64,000 bases of DNA from Macrostomum lignano (GCA_002269645.1 NIVC01000440.1:248001-312000), one strand, 5' to 3'. Numbered from the stretch's first letter, positions 13,053-25,821 are shown. Notes: generated by a model from the sequence alone, not told the origin. Numbers and translations are program-made.

Positions 13053-13579
13053 ACTCAAACGGCTTAGGACTCACAGTTTGGAGACTGCCTAAACAGCAGC
13101 AGCAGCAATGGGACGGAATTCTAAAACAAGTGGCTGCAGACAGTGTAATGAGCCGGAGCGGTGTGCCTAATAAAGGCATGGATTTTACTGCAGCTTATTA
13201 ATAATTCAAGTCGATTCGTGCATCCCTGGGCTCAATTTTTGCAATAAGACAGGGTTTTTTGACAATTTAATTTTTTGACGTTCTATACACAGGCTGGAGG
13301 GGCTGGGCTTTGATGGTATGGCTGCCTAAAAATAAATTAGTGCATATAAAAACACGTGTGTAGTATCCATATAGCTTAGCACTAAGCATTTGCAATTTTG
13401 TATTTCACTGCAGCTTTTCAACCCTGTGCAGGCTTGCATTTACCTCAGAAGAATGACGCCTAACTGGATGCCTGTATCGGCTGACCTTTAATTGAGACAT
13501 GTACATCATTCAGACGGAAGTGATGAAGTGAATTACCTTATTTAGTCTGACCTTAAGTATGAAGCTAACCCTAGTTCCT

Positions 13580-13980
13580 TACTGAGCCACTACATGTAGC
13601 TTACTGAGCCAATTAAATGTAGCTTACTGAGCTAACTACATGTAGCTTACTGAGCCAATTAAATGTAGCTTACTGAGCTAACTACATGTAGCTTACTGAG
13701 CTAATTACATGTAGCTTACTGAGCTAATTACATGTAGCTTACTGAGCTAATTACATGTAGCTTACTGAGCTAATTACATGTAGCTTACTGAGCTAATTAC
13801 ATGTAGCTTACTGAGCTAATTACATGTAGCTTACTGAGCTAATTACATGTAGCTTACTGAGCCAATTATATGTAGCTTACTGAGCTAACTACATGTAGCT
13901 TACTGAGCTAATTACATGTAGCTTACTGAGCCAATTACATGTAGCTTACTGAGCCAATTACATGTAGCTTACTGAGCTCA
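13580..13980. repeat. 23-bp minisatellite (tacatgtagcttactgagctaat)
   Basis: The period was measured between tacatg at 13683 and 13706. Confidence 0.92.
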
Positions 13981-14286
13981 GGTTATTAAGCTCAGCTAGC
14001 TCAGCCCTGCATTTTTTATAAATTAAACTTTTTAATAGATAAAGCCATCAAAAGCCATCTTTTTTATGCTCATTTTGTTTTATCAGCAGATGGATTCACT
14101 TCGTTTATTTTAAACTCTCAATATGGGGTTGATTCTTGCGCTCTCGATGCCGCAACTTGCCACCAAAATCACTGATCAAAATTGTCTCTTTTCATGTTGT
14201 TCGCTTTCCAGCTCTTAAGCAATGCTGAGATCAGTAGGTAGTTAGCTGGTTCGCAAGATTCGGTCGCTCCGACCAGTTCCAGTTAA

Positions 14287-14674
14287 TTAACAGCTGTAGC
14301 AGGGACAACGTTCGGCCACATAATTGCTGTAATAATTTTGTTCGCTGACGCAGTACCTGCGGTAGCGACCGCCTTGATGGATGCAGTGGATTGTACAGAT
14401 GATTTTCCAGGTGTTTCTGGGGTCTGAAAAAAACACAAATAGTTTACTGGGCATTGGTTATAGAAAGAGTTAGAAAGAATTTTGAAACATTTGCATCTTT
14501 AGTCCGACTCGAAAAACGGTTCAACTTACACACGACATTGCTGGGCAGGCGTCTCTTGTTGGCCAGGTGGTCGCTAGCGGCCGGATCAATCAGCGGATGG
14601 TTCCTGCTGATAGGTGAGGCACTAGAAGCAGCAAAGCCCAACAGACAGACGGTAGCAAGCAGCAGCAGATTCAT
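14287..14674 (-). CDS. Defensin-like cysteine-rich prepropeptide 1 (exons 14674-14530 and 14423-14287), 93 aa
   Basis: MNLLLLATVCLLGFAASSA / SPISRNHPLIDPAASDHLAN-KRR / LPSNVVYPRNTWKIICTIHCIHQGGRYRRYCVSEQNYYSNYVAERCPCYSC. Consensus GTAAGT donor and TTTTCAG acceptor, phase 1, with AATAAA downstream at about 14104-14109. Confidence 0.8.
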
Positions 14675-14890
14675 GCTAGCTATATCTTTCGAATTGAGAG
14701 GTTGCAGTTTTGCCAAGTTATCTTTGCGAGTGTTGGCTCCGCTCTCCCGGATCTGCCGCTCCGCTTAAAAACGCAGCCGGGAATCACGCGCCTGCCAAGT
14801 GCTGCGTCGGCGTTGCCAATCGTCGGCGCTGAAGCTGGATCGAGTTGGAAGCTCAAACAAACCTACACCAATTTCCATGAAGGTACCAGC

Positions 14891-15237
14891 ATGGAATTGG
14901 CGCCAAAATGGAAGCTTGCGATTGTAATTGGCGCCGCCTTCGCGGGTGCTCTTCTACAATCGCGCGTAAACGGTAGTTATAAGCAATCAAAAACGCCTAC
15001 GTATCTTCAGCTGCAGAAGCAGAGTGAGGGAGCGATCGGATGCCTGCATCAGCTTAATTTGAAGATTAAAGAGTCGGCTCGTCCTTAGAAAATTCTAGAA
15101 CAGTGTTTACACAGGCAAGCTGCAGCTTTACTTGTAAACAAGAGTCACCTCGCCCCTCTGGGCCAAGGCGGCCCTGTGAAAGTAAATGCATGCACAGAGC
15201 TGCTTTCCAGTGGTCAAGACGGATGTCCGGGACGTGA
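14891..15237 (+). CDS. Candidate small secreted peptide with two CxxxC motifs (exons 14891-14972 and 15104-15237), about 71 aa
   Basis: Signal-like MELAPKWKLAIVIGAAFAGALLQSRVN ends at a phase-1 GT. The in-phase acceptor at 15103 gives VFTQASCSFTCKQESPRPSGPRRPCESKCMHRAAFQWSRRMSGT*. The acceptor choice is uncertain. Confidence 0.3.
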
Positions 15238-15499
15238 GCCGCGCTTTCCTGCTGCAAGAGCCAAAAGGACCAAACGAAGCACCGCATCATCAAGCAAGGG
15301 ACAACTGGCAACCCCGTGGAATCCACTGACTTCACTGACGGGTCCCAAATCAACTCTGCGTCTGGCTGTGGCTATCGCCGGAGTCCGGGGGGATCTGTGG
15401 CAAACTTCCCAATGTTCTTCTAACTGCACATTGAACACAATCAATGACGTAAGAGTCAGATGCGTTTACCGCTGAGATACTCCACGGTAACGGTATAAA

Positions 15500-16090
15500 G
15501 GGTAAAGACTGTGATGACAATCCGGGGACTGCTATTAGAATTCGCCCAAATGGATTTCGAGCTAATTGGAACTCAAGAAAACATAGTTTTGCATTATGGA
15601 GTTCAACGGGCATCAGGTGCCAAAGATCTTTTTTGCCTGTGCCCAAGGCAGTGGAAATCTTGTCTGATCAGATGTTTTGCTCCACAGAGCTTAAATTGTC
15701 TGCAACACCTGGATCAACTTTGACCGAAAGTGAATTTTCTGACCTAAAATTTTTAACAATCCTCGTGTGTTTATCCAAAAGCACATTCACAAATTCGTTT
15801 CCATAACTATTTCCAAACAGAAAACACAGAAAACTGCTAAAACTGATTGCGTCCATCTCAATGAATCAGTTCTTGTCCTCCCCTTTCTCTGCGTGGGGAA
15901 AACTAAAAGGCACCTGCACACCAGAATCAGGGAGCACTGGCTCAATTAACCGTTGGCAATCCAAACTCACCTCTTAGAATGCAGCAGTTGCTCCAATTGT
16001 AAACCTGAGGAATGCTTCAAAGACATTGACCATTGCTTATTTGACTGCATTAAATCTCAGTCCCCCAGCCTCAACACTCAACATCAAAAT
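15500..16090 (+). mobile_element. Degenerate Penelope-like element 3' part (RT thumb + GIY-YIG endonuclease remnant)
   Basis: Frame-broken motifs CPRQWKSCLIRCF, NNPRVFIQKHIHKF, VGKTKRHLHTRIREH and IKSQSPSLNTQ are typical of Penelope-like elements. Confidence 0.7.
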
Positions 16091-17843
16091 AGTAGTGGCG
16101 CTGGTCATGTTCTCGGCGTGTTCTAAGACATTCTGTGTAGTTGGCTGCAACCCAAACCACCCGTCCCTGTAGACCTTGCCTTTCGATCACGGACTAAATT
16201 TACATAAATGTCATCACATTTATTCACTCGCAACCTACTCGTTAGTAATTAAATAAACCTCAACATGCACATTGTAGTGCGACACGCTTGGTTTCATTAA
16301 ACCGATGTTGATTTTCGGTTTCCTCTTCTTGCTGCTTGCCAAGCGAGCTAGCTTACAAGATCACAGATAATATTCTTACTTATCTACTAGTGCCCTAAAT
16401 TTAGTCGCTCGAATTCTAGCATCGCGACAATGCAGCAGAATCTTTTTGTTCAGCGTTTTCTGACTTTGATGGATCTCTCCATCAAACTATATACTTAGCT
16501 TACAGCAACAGTCAATAGAAGCGAGTAAATTGGAGTCAAAAAGACAACTTTTGACTCCAATTTGGAGTCAAAGACAAACAAAGTCGACAATTTTTTTCAA
16601 CTGAATGAAAAGCAGAAAAACAAGCACATGACAAACGACTGTTTCAAATGCAGATTTTTAAAAGACTCGCTATGCGTAGTGTCGCTTTGCGTCTATTCAG
16701 TGAGTGAGGAGCCATTGGGACAGAACAACAACTCTCAGAATAGAGAATAATAGATTTTTGTCGGGGGGCTGCTAGCCAGACAATGGTGGATCCTGCATCC
16801 TGGATGCTGAAACAGAAGACATACGACATACGTATCTTAACTACAGAGCTGAAAGCAGAGACAATGCAGTAACCAATTAAATGACTGATTGTGCCGAACT
16901 CAAATGCAGCGCTGGAAGCGCCTAACGGATCAACACAGTTTTTCCTCACAAAGCAAAACAATTCAAAGACTCGCTTTCTTGATCTGCACGGCATCTGTGA
17001 AGTCATTAATTAAATGTAAATAAATTTTAGTCTCCCACTTTCTACCATTAATTAAAAAATGTAAATAAATTTTAGTCTATGGTCCACATCGACATTAATA
17101 CGAACTGTAGTTTTTTGATCCCATAAAGAGAGGGAAGCTTGCTCGTCCAAACTCCAACCACAATAAGCGAAGCTACATTGGAAGAATGTGCGGATGCTTA
17201 TCAAGAGCCTGTCCAGACCGACAGCGCACTACGTGTGCAGGCTGCTCCGTCAAAGAAGATGAAAAGTGACCATTGGCGGCAGTCGCAATCTGATTGATAT
17301 TCTTTCTGAGTGACGTTACTGTGTAGGCCTGGTATTAATTGATTAACATGCGATTTCTTTGTTGAACAGTTTTTGATGTTTTTCTACCTAACATCAAAAA
17401 ATAAAATTTACCCTTTGTTATTGTTCAAATTGCCGTTGCGTGTTTATATCCAAAATGACATTACCACGCATCCCACGCGCGTGTTATTGTCACCAAAAGT
17501 GCATAGCAATGATATATTCTTCTGCACTATTTTTGAGTGTTAATGTCATTACCAGAAGAATATATCATTGTCAAGCGTGTTGAAGCGGCAGGACAACCAA
17601 ATGCTGATGGGGCTAATGATCGAAGCAGATCAGCACAGCACGTACAGAAATCGTTAAAAGTGTCACGCCTCATTCAACAGAAATCTGCAAGCATTCACGC
17701 CAAATTGAAAAGCTGGAAACTGCAGCATAAATAAAAGTCACTCCAGACACAAAATCTGCGTCTCCAAAAAAATTCTGGCCTTCCGAGAGAAAAATCAGTC
17801 TATTCGTCATAACCTAGAGGAAAGTCATCAATTGCCAGGAGAA

Positions 17844-18946
17844 ATGACTGCGGTTCTCACCTCTTGCTGCTGGCCTTCACTACTTGTGCTTTGCCTTCTC
17901 TGCCACCCGTCTCTGCCTCGTCAGTCTGGAGCTGGAAGCCGGTTCGCGGTGACCTCGCCGAGTACAGGGTGCTGTCAACGTTTAAGACTAACAGCAAGTC
18001 GTCTGTCTTAGCAAATCTCAGGCGGCGAAGGCTCATGTGGTGTCTTACGACACTGCATCGGGCGACTGCACCCTGCTGGAGTGTGACCGTGGCAGCAGAG
18101 ACAACTGCAGAAAGTGCCGGCACGATGGAGATCCGAGTTTACCGATACTCTGGGTGAGTTGGGCGTTTCTGTGAATTACCTTGATGCGCTGTGTGAGTGA
18201 GCTGCGTATCTGTCAGTTGCCTTCCTTTGCCATGGTGGCACTCTGGAAGCACCAGATAGCTTACATCTGTTCCATACCCTCCAATCGCAGGTCGATCAAG
18301 GAGCCGGACAGCTGCTGGCAGACCTTCCTACACAGAGTCGACCGCGACTCCGTCAGCTTCAACCGGAACTGGTCGGAGTACGCGAGCAGATTCGGTCAGG
18401 GCGAGAGTCGAAACTACTGGATGGGTCTGGAGCAGCTCCACCAGCTCACTAATTGACTGGAGTGTGGAGAGTCCGCTGGGAGTTCAGCGACTGGGATGAC
18501 AACTGGTACCTGGGCTGAGATGATCCCTTCTCTGTTGGCCCAGCTCTGTTGGCCCAGCGACCGACAAGTACAGGTGCTCGATGGGACCGCTGAACACGAG
18601 CAGGTCAAATTTCGGACAACGAACCACATCAAATCATGTAATGAACATGCAGTTCAGCATTATCGATTCTGATAACGATAATTGGTCCTCTGGAAGCTGC
18701 GCTGATGGTCCTGCTGGTGGTTCAACTGGTGCTCCTTGATGGTGCCCCAGTACAAAATACCTGTACCCACCGCTTTGGCTTTTAATTTCTATTTCATTCT
18801 TTTTCCTATCTTTTTCCAAAATGTTTAAAATAACAGGGTTTTTTTAAAAGTGCCTACGACACAGTGGGTATCTACTGCCTAACACCAACCCCGTGCTTCG
18901 AGTTTACTACTCCATGAAGAGCTTCGAGGGCATGATTCGGCAGTGA
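17844..18946 (+). pseudogene. Secreted PAN-like + fibrinogen-related-domain (FReD) gene, multiply disabled
   Basis: FReD motifs WQTFLHRVDRDSVSFNRNWSEYASRFG, YWMGLEQLHQLT, RVRWEFSDWD, SVGPATDKYR, MQFSIIDSDNDNWSSGSCA and YSMKSFEGMIRQ*. Frameshifts near 17862, 18005 and after 18450, internal stops, and a duplicated ctctgttggcccag near 18530-18557. Confidence 0.75.
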
Positions 18947-19773
18947 CCGCGTGAAACAACGGAAAATTTTTCGGAACTATTCAACTCTTAACAGTGATAT
19001 ATAGACGGAAGTTATTATATTGCAATTCTTTGAACAACCATTTTACTATCTCTTAAAAAAAGCTTAGCCTTTTAGTGGGCGTCCCCCTCCCCCCGATATT
19101 CGCAATGGTAAAACTGGAAGCTTCACTGGGTCGTTCTATGAATAAATGCAGGGGGTCCACCAAGTTGTCGTAGTGGTTTAAGTCCTAACAAATTTCCCAC
19201 AGTAGTCACAAGTTGCTATTACTAAGTTACCTACTTGACCTTATCTCACCTCTGTTGCCTCAAACTACGAATTTCTTACTAACTGACCGTGTATAGGCTA
19301 TCGTCAGTACGATTTACCCTGGTAGCTTCAGTACCCGAGCGGCAAGACCAAGGACGACTTAAGTAGCTAGGATGGGAAACCTTGTTTCTTAGAAAAATTT
19401 TGAAGGCTGCAGGTTTTTCCAAAAAAATCACTACGGAGATAGGAAGTTTTCATTTTTTCAGCACAAAAATTGTTATTGCTTTTGATAGGAGGCAGATCCA
19501 GTGTTCATCTTTTGATATGTTGTGCCTTTCTTATTGCTCTATCGATATTCATAAAGCTTTTCGATCAAAAAATTAGGATTCTATGTTAATTTTTTACTCT
19601 ACGTACATTTTTCTTCTTATTTATTCCCTTGGCCTTGGCCTTGGGCCTTCGTATAATCTAGAAGAGCTTGATCTTTTCTTCTAGTATTAGTTTAACATGA
19701 TCTAGAACGTGAATTAGGTGACCAATAGGGGACTAAATAAAAGTTCAAATTCCATCTATCACATTTGCTCTAG

Positions 19774-19887
19774 CGGCTATCCTGTAGTTTCGCACGTTAA
19801 ATTATTACCCCCACCCCCCACCACCCTTGAATAGAGGGCGAAATAATTCCGTAAAATAATTTAACGTGCGAAACTACAGGATAGCCG
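19774..19887. mobile_element. Tiny palindromic MITE-like element with 33-bp TIRs
   Basis: cggctatcctgtagtttcgcacgttaaattatt and its exact reverse complement, flanked on both sides by ctctag (19768-19773 and 19888-19893). Confidence 0.7.
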
Positions 19888-20532
19888 CTCTAGCATATTA
19901 TAGTGTGTTATAGGCATGGCATTATGAATAGTGTAAGACCAAAATAGCCACAATATTGAACAGTAGCAATGCAGGGCACAGGGCTGGGGGGGGCAGAGGC
20001 CAGAGGGGGCTGCTTCCCCGGGTGACCACACCCTCCCATCCCTCCATGGGGTGACCTACCATAGGCCTAGTTTTTTGTACAAGCTTAGGCCTATAATTAG
20101 CATTTTTGTAAGATTTTTCATGCAATGTGTTAGCACTAGGCTACTCTAATTCTAGAAAATTTGCTAGAGAAGGGGGTGACCACCTACCGTACCCCCTACT
20201 TCCTCTTATAATTGGAGGTGCTGTGTAGTGTAGTGCTGCCACTGATATTGAATCTTTTGTTGCTATTATATCTATCTTGACTATCTATTGACTATTCTCT
20301 ATCTTTAATTTGCAACTTAATATAATAGGGGGCCTAGGTCTAGCTATTGTGATATTAATTAAGTATACATTTTAATCATAGTATAAATACCATACAATTA
20401 TTGAAATAATATAAAATATTATTTTATATTTTTCTTTTTTAATTTTATGCTAGGTAGGTCTAGTAATAATAGGCCTATTACCTAACAGTTAGGCTAACTA
20501 AAATAAGTTTAGCCTAATATGAAGCTTGAGGC

Positions 20533-21894
20533 GGAAGGCCTTATAGTTTCAATAGATAGAATGGCAGCAAAGATTCTGCACTGCGTTGCACATGTATTTA
20601 TATGATTATAACAAACAGTATGAGATTGAAGGGCCAAGGAAGATGCGAAAAGATGACGTGGCATGATTGGCTACGCCAACCTCCGGCTTAGCAAGCCGGC
20701 TAGCTTGGCACGCACCCACCCCACCTTAGCTAGACAGAGGCGGGGGGGTTTCCAGTGTGGCTGCACTGGTGCTGCCGGTCGTGTAGTCTGGCTGCCACCC
20801 AGCTCCCTCCAGCACCAAGCTAGGCCCCAAACGTCGGGTGGTAGCCAAGGCTGTTAGAGTGCCGAGGAGCGGGCACCAAAAGCTAAGTACCAAAGACCAC
20901 GGAGCTGCTGAGGAGTGGGCGCCGAAGATCGCAGGGGCACAAGGCGGGCGCCAAAGGCGGCAAGGGCGCAAGGCGGGCGCCGAAGGTGGCAGGGCGCCGA
21001 GCGGGCGCCGATAGCAACAGGGCGCTGATGGTAGCAGGGCGCCAAGCAGGCGCCAGGCGGGCGCCGATGGCAGCAGGTCACGCCAATGGCAGCAGGGCGC
21101 TAGGCGGGCGCCAAAAGTAGCAGGTTGCCAAGCGGGCGCCGAAGGCAGCAGGGTGCCAGGCAGGCGCTGAAGGCAATAGCAGGGTGCCAGGCGGGCACCA
21201 AAGGCAGCAGCAAGGGTGCCAGGCGGGCGAAGAAGGCAGCAGCAGGGGTGCACGGCCGGACCACACCCGAGGCAATTGATAGTTAGTTGTCGCTGTGAGC
21301 TGGGTCGATGCTCCTGCATTGAGGCTGGGGATGTTAGGCTAGCAGCAGCGGTGCAAACCTAAAATTTGCTGCAGCATGTGGCGCTGGTTGGTCCAATGCG
21401 GGGGCTGAAAGGTGAGACCCCAGGAGCTATTGGGGGGCGGGCTGACTGGGCCAATTTGTGCTGCGGGGTACTGCTGTGGCTGCTAGGCTGCTGTGCTGCT
21501 GTGCTGCAGAGCTGTTGTGCTACTGTTGCGGTTGGCCAAGGCGGTTGGCTGCTAGGACCGCACAGGGCCGGCAAGGTAGGCCCAATGTTCCATGCTGGGA
21601 GTTGGGCTCACCAATGAGATGGAAGGCCTTTTAGTTTCAATAGATAGAATGGCAGCGAAGATTCTGCACTGCATTGCGTGTGTATTTATATGATTATAAC
21701 AAACAGTGCGAGATTGAGGGGCCAAGGGAGGTGCAAAAAGGTGGTGTGGCGTGATTGGCAATGGCTATGCCAACCCCCCTGGCTTAGCAAGCCGGCTAGC
21801 TTGGCACGCACCCACCCCACCTCAGCTAGACAGAGGTGGGGGGGTTTCCAGTGCAGCTGCACTGGTGCTGCTGGTCGCGTAGTCTGGCTGCCAC
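20533..21894. repeat. Two diverged direct repeats of about 265-275 bp (20533-20798 and 21621-21894) enclosing a GC-rich gggcgcc-motif tract
   Basis: Both copies run from ggaaggcctt...tagtttcaatagatagaatggcagc to ...agtctggctgccac. Confidence 0.8.
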
Positions 21895-22806
21895 AAGCTA
21901 CCAGTATTTTTAGTTTAATAATTCAAGTAACAATTAATTAATTTAATTATAAGCAGAAGCTACAAAAAAACTTGGAATATATCTTGGCCTAGGCTAGGTT
22001 TCATTTGCTTTATTTAATAGATAAATATCTGCAATAAAAGCTTAAGAGAATGCTTTTTGTTTGGTTAGGGCCTAATCCAGTTTTATTATAGTAGTACCTA
22101 TCTAAGATTTGTAGATCTAGGCCAGATACTATACCCAATTTCAATATTTATCATTATCATTACTAATAAGATATAGGCCCCCTATAGAAATCAGTGTTGG
22201 GCACCATTAATGAAAATCTAAACTTCCATTAATGGCAAAATAGTTGACTATAGTCTTGACTGTTTAACTAGTTTTAATGAATTTTTTCTATTTCTCTAAA
22301 TTAGTACACTCAATGGTTTAATACCAGGTACAATGCAAAATTGGATCCAAGTTCCAAGTTCAAGATGCAATTTGGAAGTCAGGATGTTGCATAGCATCCC
22401 TATTGCTAACCTTAGCCTAGGTTTCTTTTTTCTGGCACTAGTAGGATGCTAAATTGCATTAAGGTCTAACTTGAAGACACAATTTTGAAAGTCAAAATGC
22501 TATAGCATCCCTCTTGCACAAAAAATAAACTTATGTATTTAAAAATTGTTTTGTTGTAAATTACAGCAAGTTTAGGCCCTAATATATTATATATTAAAAT
22601 TTGTTAATGTCATTAATCTTCCTATTCTTATCATTTATAGGATAATTAAAAATTCACAATTGTAAAATTCTCAACTACTATATTTTTTATAATTGTGGCC
22701 ACAAGAGCAGTTGCTATCTGTAAGCATATGCAGTGAAAATTTCTGCAGAATAATCATCCATACATGTTTGCAGAAAATTGCATATAACCAACCAATAAGC
22801 AAATTA

Positions 22807-25609
22807 ATGGCTCTGCACCGACTTAGCTCAGCTTGCAATAGAATGTTTCTATCAGCATCAGTAGTGCAGACTGCCAGCGGACTACGCAGCCTGTCATCCG
22901 CAGGCGGACTGGCTGACAAATTCACCAAGGCGCAGTCAGCTCTGCAGCGGCTCACTGAGGATCCCGGCAATGCTGCCAAGCTGAAGATCTACAGCCTGTA
23001 TAAGCAGGCCACGGAGGGCAAGTGCACCAAGCCGAAGCCGGGATTCACCGATTTCGTTGGCCGAGCCAAATGGGACGCCTGGAGCGGCCTTGGGGACATG
23101 ACCAAGGATCAGGCTATGCAGCAGTACATTGACCTGGTGGAGTCCATGGGCGGCAAGCTGGATGCTCCCGATACTACTGCCGATACTACTAATCCCGCCG
23201 ATTCTAATACTGCGTCTGCTGATTATAAGGTACAAGCTTATTGATTGTGAAATATTTATTAAAATAACTGCATTTTTTGTTTTGCTGAAGATTTTCCTGT
23301 CTGAAGATTTTCTAATGACATTTCTCTGCAAGATTAGCTGTCATGCGCTCACTGATAGGCAGCTTGCTCTGTAGCTGGCGCCCCTCTGTAGCTGGCGCCC
23401 CTCTGTAGCTGGCGCCCCCTCTGTATCTGGCGCCCCTCTGTAGCTGGCGCCCCTCTGTAGCTGGCGCCCCTCTGTAGCTGGCGCCCCTCTGTAGCTGGCG
23501 CCCCTCTGTAGCTGGCGCCCCCTCTGTATCTGGCGCCCCTCTGTAGCTGGCGCCCCCTCTGTAGCTGGTGCCCCTTCTGTAGATGGCGCCCCTCTGTAGC
23601 TGGCGCCCCTCTGTAGCTGGCGCCCCCTCTGTAGCTGGCGCCCCTCTGTAGCTGGCGCCCCCTCTGTAGCTGGCGCCCCTCTGTAGCTGGCGCCCCCTCT
23701 GTATCTGGCGCCCCTCTGTAGCTGGCGCCCCCTCTGTAGCTGGTGCCCCTTCTGTAGCTGGCGCCCCTCTGTAGCTGGCGCCCCTCTGTAGCTGGCGCCC
23801 CCTCTTTATCTGGCGCCCCTCTGTAGCTGGCGCCCCTCTGTAGCTGGCGCCCCTCTGTAGCTGGCGCCCCTCTGTAGCTGGCGCCCCCTCTGTATCTGGC
23901 GCCCCTCTGTAGCTGGCGCCCCTCTGTAGCTGGCGCCCCTCTGTAGCTGGCGCCCCTCTGTAGCTGGCGCCCCCTCTGTATCTGGCGCCCCTCTGTAGCT
24001 GGCGCCCCTCTGTAGCTGGCGCCCCTCTGTAGCTGGCGCCCCTCTGTAGCTGGCGCCCCCTCTGTATCTGGCGCCCCTCTGTAGCTGGCGCCCCCTCTGT
24101 AGCTGGCGCCCCTCTGTAGCTGGCGCCCCCTCTGTAGCTGGCGCCCCCTCTGTAGTTGGCGCCCCTTCTGTAGATGGCGCCCCCTCTGTAGCTGGCGCCC
24201 CTCTGTAGTTGGCGCCCCCTCTGTAGCTGGTGCCCCTTCTGTAGATGGCGCCCCCTCTGTAGCTGGCGCCTTCTCTGTAGCTGGCGCCCCCTCTGTAGCT
24301 GGCGCCCCTTCTGTAGATGGCGCCCCCTCTGTAGCTGGCGCCCCTTCTGTAGATGGCGCCCCTCTGTAGCTGGCGCCCCCTCTGTAGATGGCGCCCCCTC
24401 TGTAGCTGGTGCCCCTTCTGTAGATGGCGCCCCCTCTGTAGCTGGCGCCTTCTCTGTAGCTGGCGCCCCCTCTGTAGCTGGCGCCCCTTCTGTAGATGGC
24501 GCCCCCTCTGTAGCTGGCGCCCCTTCTGTAGATGGCGCCCCCTCTGTAGCTGGCGCCCCCCTCTGTAGATGGCGCCCCCTCTGTAGCTGGTGCCCCTTCT
24601 GTAGATGGCGCCCCCTCTGTAGCTGGCGCCTTCTCTGTAGCTGGCGCCCCCTCTGTAGCTGGCGCCCCTTCTGTAGATGGCGCCCCCTCTGTAGCTGGCG
24701 CCCCTTCTGTAGATGGCGCCCCCTCTGTAGCTGGCGCCCCCCTCTGTAGCTGGCGGCCCCTCTGTAGCTGGTGCCCCTTTAGTTGGCGCTCCTGGATATA
24801 GGTGGATTAAGTTTTAACTACTTTAACTACTTCTAGCTACTAGTTGTAACAGTAAATTTAAGAACTATAAAAAAGGGTCCGAGCGAGGTCTGTTTTTACA
24901 TACGACATAATTATGTTTGCATGCACTCAAGGTTCAAATATCCGAATCTCAGTTACTGCAGCAATTCTCATTCGCATTGGTTTAAAAGACAATAAATGAA
25001 ACGTTGCATTTTTAGCACTAAAAGTTTGTTTTGTCTTTATTTTTTTGCCGTTACTTAAAACCAAGACCTAACATTAACAACATCTAAGGTCAATTGAGAG
25101 GATTCCAATATTTACAATATATAAAGATTGTTAAATTTTCATTTTGCTACTGTAAGTAGACGATTGCGCAGAAACTTAATTATGTATTTTTATTTACTTT
25201 CAGGAAGCTCTAGTATCCATCTCGCCTAGCGGGGTGCTTTGGTTCACCCTGAATCGGCCAGCCAAGAAGAATGCCATCTCAACCGATCTGTATGCTGAAT
25301 GGTCCAAAGCGATGGAGCAGGCCGCCGCTGACGACAAGGTCAAGGCTATGGTCATCACCGGTGCCGGGGAGTATTTCAGCTCCGGCAACGATTTGTCCAG
25401 CTTCACCAATTTAAAGCCCGGCGTCACCATGGAGCAGATGGCCGCCGATGGTAACGCCATTTTGCGTCGCTTTGTTGCGGCATTTATCGACTTCCCCAAG
25501 CCGTTGATTGCGCTGGTTAATGGGCCCGCGGTGGGCATCTCTGTGTCCACGCTGGGCCTGTACGATCAGGTGAGTCTTTTGAGAACTGGGCGCATTGGTT
25601 GGAAATGAG

Positions 25610-25662
<53 letters not shown>

Positions 25663-25678
25663 CGATAGATAGATAGGC

Positions 25679-25741
<63 letters not shown>

Positions 25742-25774
25742 CAGATAGATAGATAGATCGATAGATAGATAGGC

Positions 25775-25821
<47 letters not shown>

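Noticed and set aside
16640-17734. Possible decayed DNA transposase (CxCxxKC-like fragment near 17480)
   Set aside because: Too fragmentary; no catalytic motif was recoverable by eye.
20663-21941. Ala/Pro/Cys-rich ORFs
   Set aside because: They derive from the GC-rich repeat cassette; no start or splice context and no domain.
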